Below are positions 17,631 to 36,761 of a DNA stretch of 64,000 nt, in pieces; within the stretch, counting starts at the first letter, position 1; the number at the start of each line of letters is the position of its first letter. The notes under the pieces were generated by a model. The model had not been told where the DNA came from, searched no databases, and was given only the letters and a program-made list of their open reading frames with translations. The translations under genes were made by a program, and so were the position numbers. Location of the stretch: assembly GCA_002269645.1 (NCBI GenBank), contig NIVC01001066.1:124001-188000 (forward strand). Reading direction: 5' to 3'. Source of the DNA: Macrostomum lignano. Lineage: Eukaryota.

Positions 17631-17830
17631 CTTTCACCTGTGATAATGACCAGCTTTTCCCGTTGATAGAGACAGCTCTCACCTGTGATAATGACCAGAT
17701 TTTCCCGGTGATAGAGACAGCTCTCACCTGTGATAATGACCAGCTTTTCCCGTTGATAGAGACAGCTCTCACCTGTGATAATGACCAGCTTTTCCCGGTG
17801 AAAGACACAGCTCTCACCTGTGATAATGAC
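17631..17830 (+). repeat. 45-bp minisatellite, ~4.4 copies
   Basis: AGCTCTCACCTGTGATAATGACCAGCTTTTCCCG recurs every 45 bp. Confidence 0.9.
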
Positions 17831-18415
17831 TTTCCTTATAAAGGCAACTCACCTACTAAATAAATTCAAACTCTGCCCCAGATTTATACTACCTGTTTGG
17901 TATAGACTACTCAGACGTCAGTTTGTTTAATAATTTACGAAGTGGAATACGAATTTAGGTAAAAGTTCGAATAGCTAAACAAAAATTTTGGAAAAAGGCA
18001 TTCTCCCAATAGGGATCCGCCAGTCAGTCAGTCCATCCGAAAGCCTCCCTGAACCGCAATGAGCTCTTCCTGTTTCCAGTGAAATTAAATTGACATTTGA
18101 CGAGAGAGCGCATCTAATTATTTCTCGTGTCTTCAACTTCTCCAGCAATCTTCAACATGATCTCTGTGAGCACTCTTGGGTATTTAGGATTCCAGCTCAA
18201 TTCAATGCATTAAAATTGACAATAAATTAATAACATTTCAATAAGGTGAACGACCATTTGAAAGAGAATACATAGAAAACTTTGAATATACGCGCGTCGC
18301 ATTGATCAAACTGTCACATCACGGTAATGACCACTGCTTCATGGCTGTCATTTACTGAAAGTCCTGTTTCGACCATAGACAGTTCAATAAAATGCAGGTA
18401 ATATGAATAAAAAAT

Positions 18416-18564
18416 TTAAGGTAATGGCCAAATTGCCACTCGTGTGCAAACCCTAACCCTAACCCTAACCCTAACCCCAACCCTAACCCTAACCCTAACC
18501 CTAACCCTAACCATAACCCTAACCCTAGCCCTACGCGCACTCGTGACCTTGGCCATTAACTTAA
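18416..18564. mobile_element. Putative mini TIR element (MITE-like) with a telomeric (TAACCC)n core
   Basis: TTAAGGTAATGGCCAA (18416-18431) vs the reverse complement of TTGGCCATTAACTTAA (18549-18564): 15/16 match, TTAA at both ends; CACTCGTG on both sides of the core. Confidence 0.55.
18449..18533 (+). repeat. Interstitial telomeric-type repeat (TAACCC)n = (TTAGGG)n on the minus strand, ~14 units
   Basis: Direct reading. Confidence 0.92.
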
Positions 18565-18668
18565 AATATTGCTTCATATTAACCTTCCATTATTGCCAGT
18601 CTAGTCTCTGGTATCTGTATTCATTTTTACAGCTTTTTTGGGGAGGGGCCAATAATGTACATGTATGA

Positions 18669-19649
<981 letters not shown>

Positions 19650-19950
19650 ATCCCTACTCCACAGCTTTCGCGCTCCTCGCGGCCCGTCGAGGCACGCGGG
19701 CGATCAGGCGAGAGGCTTCGGAGTGGGGCGGGGGGGGGGCAGGGGGACTGGGCTGTCGGAAGGAAGGAATGATAGAGAAGCGCCAAGTCCTTTTCAGGGA
19801 TCTTTTTGTTAAAAATACGTCGCTTAAAAAATGCACTTAACAAAAAAGTTTCGAAAAACTGAGTCACTTTTTAAAGGGAGGCAGGATTTTTGCTGCAGCC
19901 TCGCGTGCTCTCCTGGTTGGTGTGAAAGCCTGCGCTGAATCAACTTTTGA

Positions 19951-20937
<987 letters not shown>

Positions 20938-21361
20938 TAATTTAGCCATTAGTATCCAGGGCTTAAAACAAGGGAAGGATATCCTCCATTATAGACAGAA
21001 ATTGGAATGGGAATTAACCATCTGTCATGAGCGACCACCCACTAGTACGACGGCTGTCTGGGAATCTCCTCTGCCCCTGGGGGGAAATCGACTTAGGCAA
21101 GAATAATTATTAATTTCTAAGCTGGGTCTGCATATGCAGACATATGGGAAGAAAATTTGCGGGGCTCAGGAAAGGCGGGACCAGCGCGCCAGGTCAGCCG
21201 AGCGATTCAATCCGAATTTAACCGGATCGAACAGACTTGGCTCGAGAGCGGAAGACGGGAGCTGGATTTCCAAGAGGAGGAAAATTACGGTGATGAGACT
21301 TCCTGCTCGGCTATGCGCCTTCATCCGAAGCCTCTCGGAGCGCGCTGAGATCCTTAGTGAA

Positions 21362-21636
21362 GTGACCTAAGCTATAGTTTTGGCTATTGTGACCTAAGCG
21401 CGCAGATAGTTTTGGCTATAGTGACCTAAGCGCGCAGATAGTTTTGGCTATAGTGACCTAAGCGCGCAGATAGTTTTGGCTATAGTGACCTAAGCGCGCA
21501 GATAGTTTTGGCTATAGTGACCTAAGCGCGCAGATAGTTTTGGCTATAGTGACCTAAGCGCGCAGATAGTTTTGGCTATAGTGACCTAAGCGCGCAGATA
21601 GTTTTGGCGAGTGACCTTAGCGCGCAGATAGTTTTG
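21362..21636 (+). repeat. 32-bp minisatellite (GTGACCTAAGCGCGCAGATAGTTTTGGCTATA)n, ~8 copies
   Basis: Direct reading. Confidence 0.95.
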
Positions 21637-21875
21637 CACACATGGCATGTTCTATGTTTTATTTAACCTACTGCAAGAACGATGTGACATATTTTGGTTA
21701 TTCTCAGCCCCTTTTGGCTAGCCTAAAAAGTCAACTTATAAACTTGGTTAGAGCAGGACTTGACATTATTCTACACTAAACGCATTTCATTTTTCTGAAG
21801 AATATTTATAAACTCTGTAAAAGTTGCTTTTTAATGCAAGTAAATAATAATAGCAATTAGGGAAGGGATTAACTT

Positions 21876-22310
21876 GAGGATGTGAGGATTGAGGATGTGG
21901 GGATTGAGGATGTGGGGATTGAGGATGTGGGGATTGAAGATGTGAGGATTGAGAATGTGGGGATTGAGGATGTGGGGATTGAGGATGCGGGGATTGAGGA
22001 AGTGGGGATTGAGGATGTGGGGATTGAGGAAGTGGGGATTGAGGATGTGGGGATTGAGGATGCGGGGATTGAGGAAGTGGGGATTGAGGAAGTGGGAATT
22101 GAGGATGTGGGGATTGAGGATGCGGGGATTGAGGAAGTGGGGATTGAGGATGTGGGGATTGAGGATGCGGGGATTGAGGATGCGGGGATTGAGGAAGTGG
22201 GGATTGAGGATGTGGGGATTGAGGATGTGGGAATTGAGGATGTGGGGATTGAGGATGTGGGGATTGAGGAAGTGGGGATTGAGGATGTAGGGTCTGAGGA
22301 TGCAAGTTAA
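21876..22310 (+). repeat. 15-bp G-rich minisatellite (GAGGATGTGGGGATT)n
   Basis: Direct reading. Confidence 0.95.
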
Positions 22311-22443
22311 GGATGTGGAGACTGAAGATGCAAGCATCAAGGAATACGCACTACTGAATTCATATTCGAGACTTCTAAATTTAGGATTACGTGTTCTAAG
22401 ATATTGAAAATCATTGAAACACATTGCTCTGTAAAATTACGCG

Positions 22444-23386
<943 letters not shown>

Positions 23387-23389
23387 TAA

Positions 23390-23899
<510 letters not shown>

Positions 23900-24017
23900 T
23901 GAGTTTAGGAGATCCTGCCTTGTTTCTGGGGAAACAGAAAAATTCTTGAAAGATGTAGCAACCCACTGGAGTATCTTAATTGGAACTCATTAGCGGGTCG
24001 GTAGGTTTCGAGGGTAT

Positions 24018-24432
24018 CGCCCTCTGATGGATGATGGAGGATGTGGCAACCCTCTGATGGATGATGGAGGAGATGGCAACCCTCTGATGGGTGTTGGAGG
24101 ATGTGGCAACCCTCTGATGGATGATGGAGGAGATGGCAACCCTCTGATGGGTGTTGGAGGATGTGGCAACCCTCTGATGGGTGTTGGAGGATGTGGCAAC
24201 CCTCTGATGGGTGTTGGAGGATGTGGCAACCCTCTGATGGGTGTTGGAGGATGTGGCAACCCTCTGATGGGTGTTGGAGGATGTGGCAACCCTCTGATGG
24301 GTGCTGGAGGAGATGGCAACCTTCTGATGGAGGTTGGAGGATGTAAGAATTCTCTGATAGATGCTGGAGGATGTGGCAACCCTCTGATGGGTGCTGGAGG
24401 ATGTGGCAACCCTCTGATAGATTCTGGAGGAT
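24018..24432 (+). repeat. 30-bp minisatellite (GCAACCCTCTGATGGGTGTTGGAGGATGTG)n just upstream of the Rab ATG
   Basis: Direct reading. Confidence 0.93.
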
Positions 24433-24952
24433 GTGATTTTCTTTTTATCTTAATCGACGCGCTATCAAAAAGCCATGAAAAAGTCAGGTTTGAAGTCAAG
24501 TTTGAACTTACCGCTGGTGCCAATAAACTCACTCCGAATGATTATTCTGCCTTTCGCTTAGCAAGAAAATGCATTTATAAGGCTTGCTACTGTAAACATT
24601 TCTGTTAGAATGTGCACGTAAAGGGTATTTCGTCATCTAATTGGTCATCTATTTAACGTCACTGCAATTATTTGGTGCTTGGCCTGGCCTGGTGCTGTGT
24701 GCAGTTACTGCCATGGCATACTCGCTGACACGGCGAATTCCATGTTCCATCGCTTTCTGCGCCTCTTCTTAGTTGTTTGTTTTACTATTCATTTCGTTAG
24801 AATGCACTCGTTAAGTTCTACTAAAAGTAAGTTTTATAGAATAATACGGGTGTATAAACAAAATCCTTCAGTGTGCCCCCCTGTGTATCGTACGAGTAAA
24901 TATTATACTTAAGGGCCTGGAACTTAATGTAATGAGTAATGACGTGTCTTAG

Positions 24953-25639
<687 letters not shown>

Positions 25640-26096
25640 ATCAGTCATATTCGCATTGCTGGGTTCCTGATGTTCTTCCCCAGCTTCGGCCACCGCCGAA
25701 GCATTTTTATGATCACTCTGGAAGCGTCGCCACAAAATCTCGGACACTCCAACCCTGGCCAGACCGAAGGGGTAGAGGAAAATTTCCCGCCAGAAGAAAC
25801 TCCCGCAGCGCAAGAAATTCTCTAAAACAGAAATGCACTATTAAATGCTCCACCGCTTCTTGGGCCCTCCCTCGTCAACCCCGTCTGGGTTTTTGCCAGT
25901 CCAAATGCGCTGGAGAATCTGCTAAACTATGAAGTTCGGGTGCACTGGCTGACTGTCTGGATTCGCTGTGTCATGCGCACCTTGCTGGGTTTAACAAGCT
26001 TATGGTCAGGGAAATGTTCGCGCGTCTGTCTATTTAGGTACAACTTTAAAAGCTTGGAGCTTCAAAAATTGTTGGAATATCTTCCAATTTTACATC

Positions 26097-28786
26097 CGCA
26101 TCTAACCACAGAATAGCTTCCATAACGAAATCTCACCCTAGAATAGCTTCCATATCCGATTCTCACCCTAGAATAGCTTCCATATCCAAATCTCACCCTA
26201 GAATCGCTTCCATATCCGATTCTCACCCTAGAATCGCTTCCATATCCAAATCTCACCCTAGAATCGCTTCCTTATCCAATTCTCACCCTAGAATAGCTTC
26301 CATATCCAATTCTCAACCTAGAATAGCTTCCATATCCGATTCTCAACCTAGAATAGCTTCCATATCCGATTCTCACCCTAGAATAGCTTCCTTATCCAAA
26401 TCTCACCCTAGAATAGCTTCTTTATCCAAATCTCACCCTAGAATAGCTTCTTTATCCAAATCTCACCCTAAAATAGCTTCCTTATCCAAATCTCACCCTA
26501 GAATAGCTTCTTTATCCAAATCTCACCCTAGAATAGCTTCCATATCCGATTCTCACCCTAGAATAGCTTCCATATCCAAATCTCACCCTAGAATCGCTTC
26601 CTTATCCAAATCTCACCCTAGAATAGCTTCTTTATCCAAATCTCACCCTAGAATAGCTTCCTTATCCAAATCTCACCCTAGAATAGCTTCCTTATCCAAA
26701 TCTCACCCTAGAATAGCTTCCTTATCCAAATCTCACCCTAGAATAGCTTCTATATCCAAATCTCACCCTAGAATCGCTTCCATATCCAATTCTCACCCTA
26801 GAATCGCTTCCATATTCGATTCTCACCCTAGAATCGCTTCCATATCCGATTCTCACCCTAGAATCGCTTCCATATCCTAATCTCACCCTAGAATCGCTTC
26901 CATATCCGAATCTCACCCTAGAATCGCTTCCATATCCAATTCTCACCCTAGAATCGCTTCCATATCCTAATCTCACCCTAGAATCGCTTCCATATCCGAA
27001 TCTCACCCTAGAATCGCTTCCATATCCGATTCTCACCCTAGAATTGCTTCCATATCCGAATCTCACCCTAGAATCGCTTCCATATCCGATTCTCACCCTA
27101 GAATCGCTTTCATATCCGCTTCTCACCCTAGAATCGCTTCCATATCCTAATCTCACCCTAGAATCGTTTCCATATCCGATTCTCACCCTAGAATCGCTTC
27201 CATATCCTAATCTCACCCTAGAATCGCTTCCATATCCGATTCTCACCCTAGAATCGCTTCCATATCCAATTCTCACCCTATTTGGATAGATTTGGAGTTT
27301 CCATATCCAAATCTCACCCTAGAATCGCTTCCATAACGGAGTCTCACCCTAGAATCGCTTCCATATCCAATTCTCACCCTAGAATCGCTTCCATAACGGA
27401 GTCTTACCCTAGAATAGCTTCCATATCCGATTCTCACCCTAGAATCGCTTCCATATCCGAATCTCACCCTAGAATCGCTTCCATATCCGATTCTCACCCT
27501 AGAATCGCTTCCATATCCTAATCTCACCCTAGAATCGCTTCCATATCCGAATCTCACCCTAGAATCGCTTCCATATCCAATTCTCACCCTAGAATCGCTT
27601 CCATATCCTAATCTCACCCTAGAATCGCTTCCATATCCGAATCTCACCCTAGAATCGCTTCCATATCCAATTCTCACCCTAGAATAGCTTCCATATCCGA
27701 TTCTCACCCTAGAATCGCTTCCATATCCGATTCTTACCCTAGAATCGCTTCCATTTCTGAATCTCACCCTAGAATCGCTTCCATATCCGAATCTCACCCT
27801 AGAATAGCTTCCATATCCGAATCTCACCCTAGAATAGCTTCCATATCCGAATCTCACCCTAGAATCGCTTCCATATCCGAATCTCACCCTAGAATAGCTT
27901 CCATATCCGAATCTCACCCTAGAATCGCTTCCATATCCTAATCTCACCCTAGAATCGCTTCCATATCCGATTCTCACCCTAGAATCGCTTCCATATCCGA
28001 TTCTCACCCTAGAATCGCTTCCATATCCAATTCTCACCCTATTTGGATAGATTTGGAGTTTCCATATCCAAATCTCACCCTAGAATCGCTTCCATAACGG
28101 AGTCTCACCCTAGAATCGCTTCCATATCCGAATCTCACCCTAGAATCGCTTCCATATCCGAATCTCACCCTAGAATAGCTTCCATATCCGAATCTCACCC
28201 TAGAATAGCTTCTATATCCAAATCTCACCCTAGAATCGCTTCCATATCCAATTCTCACCCTAGAATCGCTTCCATATCCAAATCTCACCCTAGAATCGCT
28301 TCCATAACGGAGTCTCACCCTAGAATAGCTTCCATATCCGAATCTCACCCTAGAATAGCTTCCATATCCGAATCTCACCCTAGAATAGCTTCCATATCCG
28401 AATCTCACCCTAGAATCGCTTCCATATCCTAATCTCACCCTAGAATCGCTTCCATATTCGATTCTCACCCTAGAATCGCTTCCATATCCGATTCTCACCC
28501 TAGAATCGCTTCCATATCCAATTCTCACCCTATTTGGATAGATTTGGAGTTTCCATATCCAAATCTCACCCTAGAATCGCTTCCATAACGGAGTCTCACC
28601 CTAGAATCGCTTCCATATCCGAATCTCACCCTAGAATCGCTTCCATATCCGAATCTCACCCTAGAATAGCTTCCATATCCGAATCTCACCCTAGAATCGC
28701 TTCCATTTCTGAATCTCACCCTAGAATCGCTTCCATATCCGAATCTCACCCTAGAATCGCTTCCATATCCGAATCTCACCCTAGAA
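26097..28786 (+). repeat. 30-bp minisatellite (TCTCACCCTAGAATCGCTTCCATATCCGAW)n, ~88 copies, with three identical interruptions
   Basis: Direct reading; interruptions at 27281, 28042 and 28533. Confidence 0.97.
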
Positions 28787-29669
28787 AAGCTGAAGCAGGC
28801 GGGGTGCCCAGCAGACTGCAAGAGTCAGTGAGCCAACTGTTAAGTTAGCAAAAGCAGCAAGCTAAGTGGACTCGGCAAAGTTGGCAGTGCAGCGCAGGCA
28901 TAAAATCTCCCCGTTCAGTGCCTACAGCCAATGGGGTGGATCGCGGCTGACTGGGACTTATACTGGTAGACTCTGGAATGTTTATTACGCACATGCACGC
29001 ATATTTTGCTGCACACTGGGTTCTCGCAAAACCGGAATCGCGTCAAGTCAGACAGGCTAGCATAGATACGCCTCTGTCTGCTTCTCCTGGCGTCTGCTTT
29101 TTCTTTCTTTCTAATCTAACCAAATCGCGTATAGACTGTCTGGCGATAAGCCAGTGGCAAACGCTATGGCCTGGTCGCATTTGGTCAAGTAAGTTTTTTT
29201 GGATTTGTCTTTCCTAGTTCCGAAAATTCAAGAGAGCCAAATCGAATCTGAAGATGATGCGTGCATAATTTCAATAATATCTCAGACACACGCACTACTT
29301 TAAAGTCTGCAAAATGTACGCTCGTAAGTAAACCTTGTTTACAAGCTTGTCTGGTCGGGAAATTTTCCCCCAGACGGATATAAGAATAAAGTGTATTAAT
29401 ATTACTCAGATAGATCGTAAAGATATATGGCAGCTTAAATATTGATTACGAACAACATCCTCTACAAAGCAGTGCCAATCCCAAGTCTGGTTCCGCGTCC
29501 ATCGGCCTGCACCCTCCCCAGTAATGGCTTCATCGCTGCGTCCTAATTGGGTAGGGTCTCCAACAAACACTAAACAAGGAGGAGCTGACGAATAGAGTCG
29601 CTGGGACCGAGGGGGAACTTGGGGCTCGGGGACCGTCTGAGCGTGATTCATCCGTGCGCTGCACTATGA

Positions 29670-29885
<216 letters not shown>

Positions 29886-29964
29886 TAATTTGTTGTTGTT
29901 GTTGTTGTTGTTGTTCCTTACTTTATTAATCCCAGCTGCAGTTTAGGACACACTGCATGGGTTC

Positions 29965-31113
29965 GACTGGTTCTAGCTGGAAAGTCGACTGATTCTAGCT
30001 GGAAAGGCGACTGATTCTAGCTGGAAAGGCAACTGATTCTAGTTGGAAAGGCAACTGATTCTAGCTGGAAAGGCGACTGATTCTAGCTGGAAAGTCGACT
30101 GGTTCTAGTTGGAAAGTCGACTGATTCTAGCTGGAAAGGCAACTGATTCTAGCTGGAAAGTCGACTGATTCTAGCTGGAAAGTCGACTGGTTCTAGTTGG
30201 AAAGTCGACTGATTCTAGCTGGAAAGGCAACTGATTCTAGCTGGAAAGGCAACTGATTCTAGCTGGAAAGGCGAATGATTCTAGCTGGAAAGGCAACTGA
30301 TTCTAGCTGGAAAGGCAACTGATTCTAGCTGGAAAGTCGACTGGTTCTAGTTGGAAAGTCGACTGATTCTAGTTGGAAAGTCGACTGATTCTAGCTGGAA
30401 AGGCAACTGATTCTAGCTGGAAAGTCGACTGGTTCTAGTTGGAAAGTCGACTGATTCTAGTTGGAAAGTCGACTGATTCTAGTTGGAAAGGCAACTGATT
30501 CTAGTTGGAAAGGCGACTGATTCTAGCTGGAAAGGCGACTGATTCTAGCTGGAAAGGCAACTGATTCTAGCTGGAAAGTCGACTGGTTCTAGTTGGAAAG
30601 TCGACTGATTCTAGTTGGAAAGTCGACTGATTCTAGTTGGAAAGGCAACTGATTCTAGTTGGAAAGTCGACTGATTCTAGTTGGAAAGGCAACTGATTCT
30701 AGCTGGAAAGTCGACTGGTTCTAGTTGGAAAGTCGACTGATTCTAGTTGGAAAGTCGACTGATTCTAGTTGGAAAGGCAACTGATTCTAGTTGGAAAGGC
30801 GACTGATTCTAGCTGGAAAGGCGAATGATTCTAGCTGGAAAGTCGACTGATTCTAGCTGGAAAGTCGACTGATTCTAGTTGGAAAGTCGACTGATTCTAG
30901 CTGGAAAGGCAACTGATTCTAGCTGGAAAGGCGACTGATTCTAGCTGGAAAGGCAACTGATTCTAGCTGGAAAGTCGACTGGTTCTAGCTGGAAAGTCGA
31001 CTGATTCTAGTTGGAAAGGCAACTGATTCTAGCTGGAAAGGCGAATGATTCTAGTTGGAAAGGCAACTGATTCTAGCTGGAAAGTCGACTGGTTCTAGCT
31101 GGAAAGTCGACTG
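29965..31113 (+). repeat. 22-bp minisatellite (CTGGAAAGTCGACTGATTCTAG)n with an AAGGCAAC variant
   Basis: Direct reading. Confidence 0.96.
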
Positions 31114-31700
31114 TCTATAACAATGCGAGCAATTAAGCTAAAGAAAAGGAGAATGATCTTTTCGCTGAGCAGAGACTCACAATCAAGCTTAATATCGAAT
31201 GTTTGAGGATCTATCTGGCTCGGTTACCGGATCGCTTTGTATGAGTACGAGTGTAAGGTAACTGACTATTATACGAGTAGAAAACCTGCCTGAAATTCTA
31301 TAAAGTAAATAGAGGAAACGTGGAAATATCATATTTTTACTTTTGCTTTATTGATTTTGTTTACTAGCTTTTACGAGAATAGCTAGACCTATATCGGGAG
31401 GCAAAGCTATAATTCCAGGAAACTGACCCAATCATTTAAATTGATAATTGCAGGCAAGAATGTATAAATGAAGGGGAAAGTGCTAAAGAGCAGACGAGAG
31501 AGGTATAAAATTACTATAGATATTCAGAAATACAACCCCAAAAGAACAATAAACATGATAATGCATGTAGAATATAGTAAATCTTTGTAACATGTACGTG
31601 TAACACGGAGTAAAAATCACTGTAAGATTGGAAAAACTAACAAGTAAACGGAAATACTAATAAATTAAATAAGGCCTTTTGTGGCCAGATAACGCATGGG

Positions 31701-32127
31701 CAGGGTCGTAAAAACTACAATTGCTTAGATTTAATTCTTTCTAGTTTTAATCTACTCGCAATGTGGTTGGTGGCTGCAGCTTCAAAAAACTTGAACACAA
31801 GACGAGCTAGTGTGTGAGTTTTGCTAAAAAGACTTAGTCCCCCTAGTAAAAGCTACAAATTGTATGGGGGGAGTCGGGGGACATGCCAACAAACGCCTTG
31901 TCCTCCCACCGCACCTGTGACCCCATTGTGGAAATCAATAGTTTTGCTTCAGGGCGCCAAGATATTGCACTTTGGCGCCAAAATGAGTGCCTACGGCGCC
32001 AAAATGATTGCTTAACAACAAATTCTCAAAATATTGTACTTGTAGGAATTTATTCATGACATGTAAGCTCTTAGAATTCTTGGCTTTGTCCCCCACACCA
32101 TGAAATCCATGGTGACGACGGCCCCTG
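31701..32127. mobile_element. Possible degenerate hAT-type non-autonomous element
   Basis: Ends CAGGGTCGT... and ...GACGGCCCCTG, three internal GGCGCCAA words; TIR imperfect, no clean 8-bp TSD. Confidence 0.25.
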
Positions 32128-32834
32128 CTATCGGGTAGCTAAATACACGTAAGTCACGCCTTTACATGTAATAGTATAAGTATTACCGCTTGGGAAAATT
32201 ATGTATAAATTGCTACTGTACAAAAGGAGGCATTAGACGTTCTTATTACCTTTGCAAATATGCATTTAAATCATTTAAAAAGCTATATAATTTCTAAACT
32301 ATTCTATACAAAGCCTTAATAAGGACTACGATAGTTACGTTAAAGCCTACATAAGTCTACTGAAGTAAAGGCCGTCTTTTGAGCCCAACTGCAATGATTA
32401 ATCATATTTCTTAATTTTGATGACAAAAAGCCGTTAGGATAGCAAGCGCCAAATAACTAAACAAATATAACAGAGAAGCAGAATTATTTTTGTAGAAAAA
32501 CAAAACTTTTAATTCTTAAATGCTTTAAATAGCAACTTTTCCCAGCAAATTTTTATTCAATGTCTAAAATACTCAGCTTTAGCAAGAAAGTTCTACGAAT
32601 GCGAAAATAGAATAAATATCATTTTCAATTTTGCTTGAATTAAACTGTGCCGCCGCAAAAAATAGAAAATATGACATCTGCAAACGAATAGAAAGATCTT
32701 CGGACGGAAGGACTAGTGAATTGATGCTTAATTTAAAAATTTGATATAAAAATTAAGCTAAGTGGAAATACTTACTTAAGTAGCTTTATGTCACGTAATA
32801 TACTGTTTGTATTATAAAATTATAAAAATACATT

Positions 32835-32999
32835 ATGTTTAAGGCACTATTTCCCTTCAAAGGAACGATCGAAGGAACACTATCATTTCAGCAAAATGAT
32901 ATGATTACAATAATTCAACCAATTGACCAAAATTGGTATTTTGGCTGCTTAAAAGACAGTTGGGGATTTATTCCCATAAAGTATGTACAAGAAGTAGAG
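32835..32999 (+). CDS. NCKIPSD: NCKIPSD/SPIN90 homolog exon 1: SH3 domain
   Basis: MFKALFPF...LSFQQNDMI...WYFG...WGFIPIKYV is an SH3 signature; donor GAG|GTAAGT at 33000. Confidence 0.85.
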
Positions 33000-33564
33000 G
33001 TAAGTGGAAAACTACTCCTTGTTAAAAATTACTTGTGTTCAGACTTCAGAGTAATCCCGTTTTGAATATATTAGTAGTAAGATACAATTGCTACTAATTT
33101 TGTCTGACTTTTGATTTAATTTCTCATTATTTTGTATTATGCAAGATGTTTAAATTCATAAATCCCAATGCTATATGAATTTACTTTTTTATTTGAAGCA
33201 AAGTCTTTTTAAGCTAATTTTTTAAAAATAAATATTGTGATATTTCACCATATTGAACTTCATAAAATCTACCAAAAGTTATAAATAACTATTTCAGAAA
33301 ATTAACTGACTTATCGTTTTTATGCTTTCAAGTTTAAACTTTATTTAATTTTAATATTATCCTAACTTTTTGCATTTAATATATATGAAAGAGATTTTGT
33401 GCATGTAATTTTTATATTAGTATATAGAGTATTTTTTATCAGCTGTTAATACTTCATACGAGTATATTTGCCTGCCTTATTTATAATTGCACAGTTTAAT
33501 AGCAAATCCACTTGCCAACAGTCAGTTATAACAAAGTTCCTAATTAAACTACTTTGAAACTCAG

Positions 33565-33668
33565 GTTAAGGACTACGAGTACATGACTAAATCTGTGACT
33601 GCCTGTATTGACAAACTGAAGAAGATTCCGGAGAAGAAGGCTACAAAGGATGAGAAGAGTGCATTAAG
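33565..33668 (+). CDS. NCKIPSD: NCKIPSD homolog exon 2
   Basis: CTCAG| acceptor, AAG|GT donor; phase 0 to 2, in frame on both sides. Confidence 0.75.
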
Positions 33669-33747
33669 GTTATAATATTGATTTTGTTCCACCTAATAGC
33701 TGCCTATTTCTGGTTCATAAAATTCACTTTCAAGGATCACCCCCTGA

Positions 33748-35165
<1,418 letters not shown>

Positions 35166-35197
35166 TGAAGATCCCCCGTTCCTGCCTTCAAGGTTTT

Positions 35198-35420
<223 letters not shown>

Positions 35421-35422
35421 GA

Positions 35423-35830
<408 letters not shown>

Positions 35831-35839
35831 TGAGTTCTC

Positions 35840-36015
35840 ATGACCTAAAATGTCCTCTCCTGACTTCTAGTGACCCTAAATGTCCTCTCCTGACTTTTAG
35901 TGACCATAAATGTTTTCTCATGGCTTCTAGTGACCCTAAATGTTCTCTCCTGGCTTCTAGTGACCCTAAATGTCCTCTCCCGGCTTCTAGTGCACCCTAA
36001 ATGTTCTCTCATGAC
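35840..36015 (+). repeat. 30-bp repeat (TGACCCTAAATGTCCTCTCCTGACTTCTAG), ~5.5 copies
   Basis: Direct reading. Confidence 0.85.
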
Positions 36016-36096
36016 CTCATCAGTCAAGCTGTTTCCTGGAAACTGGATACGTCATTTTCCAACTCCTCAGTATCTATATGCATCAGTATTTATTAA

Positions 36097-36761
36097 CAGT
36101 AAAACTACCAAGAGGGGGAGAATTCCCCCCTGACAATTTTTTTTGCTGCGCCGGAACAGAGCAATGCAGGCACACGAAATTCAAGAACACGGGCTAAAGT
36201 TTTGTTGCGCACCTTCTCAAACAAGAATCAAGTCGCCAGCCCTCCAGACCGTCGAGATATTCGACGATTCTGCCAGAAGGTCGGATTTTTTCCATAAGCG
36301 CTAGTGTATTCAGTACACCCCTGTGCGCCAATTAGCACTGCGCCTCAGTGCAGCCTTGCCAAGTCTCCAAATTTCATCAGCACGTCGATCACATGTGTCT
36401 GCATCAGTTCTGACTTCGTTGGTCACTGGGCTTTACCCAGGTGGAGCTTCTGGACCCTCAACAGGTGGCACCAGGTGACTATGGACGCCAAGATGCGGAT
36501 TTCTCTAGTTTCGCCGATCAAGCCTCGACAGTGGGCAAGAATCAACCTCCAACCATTCTCAGCTAGTCTCTCAAGCATTCCGTCATCATCCCGACGCCGT
36601 CGGCTCCTTCAACAGATTACACCAGCTGACTATGGACAGCCTGATAATAATTTCGTGTGCCTGCATTGCTCCGTTCCGGCGCAGCAACAAAAATTGTCAG
36701 GGGGGAATTCCCCCCCTCTTGGTAGTTCGACGGGAGGAAAAATGGCTTGGTATTCCTACTG
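36097..36761. mobile_element. Non-autonomous DNA transposon (MITE-like) with long TIRs, flanked by TTAA
   Basis: 79-bp inverted repeat 36103-36181 / 36649-36727 with 3 mismatches; outer termini TTAA|CAGTA ... TACTG|TTAA. Confidence 0.75.

Noticed and set aside
21134-21370. Short plus-strand GC-rich ORFs
   Set aside because: No recognisable domain or consistent splice partners; left unannotated
25684-25824. Possible plus-strand terminal exon (FGHRRSIFMITLE...QEIL*)
   Set aside because: Acceptor-like site and ATTAAA are present, but no upstream partner exon or homology is recognisable
36040-36075. Second hammerhead-like string (CTGAGGA...GAAA, minus strand)
   Set aside because: No stem II can form between the core halves
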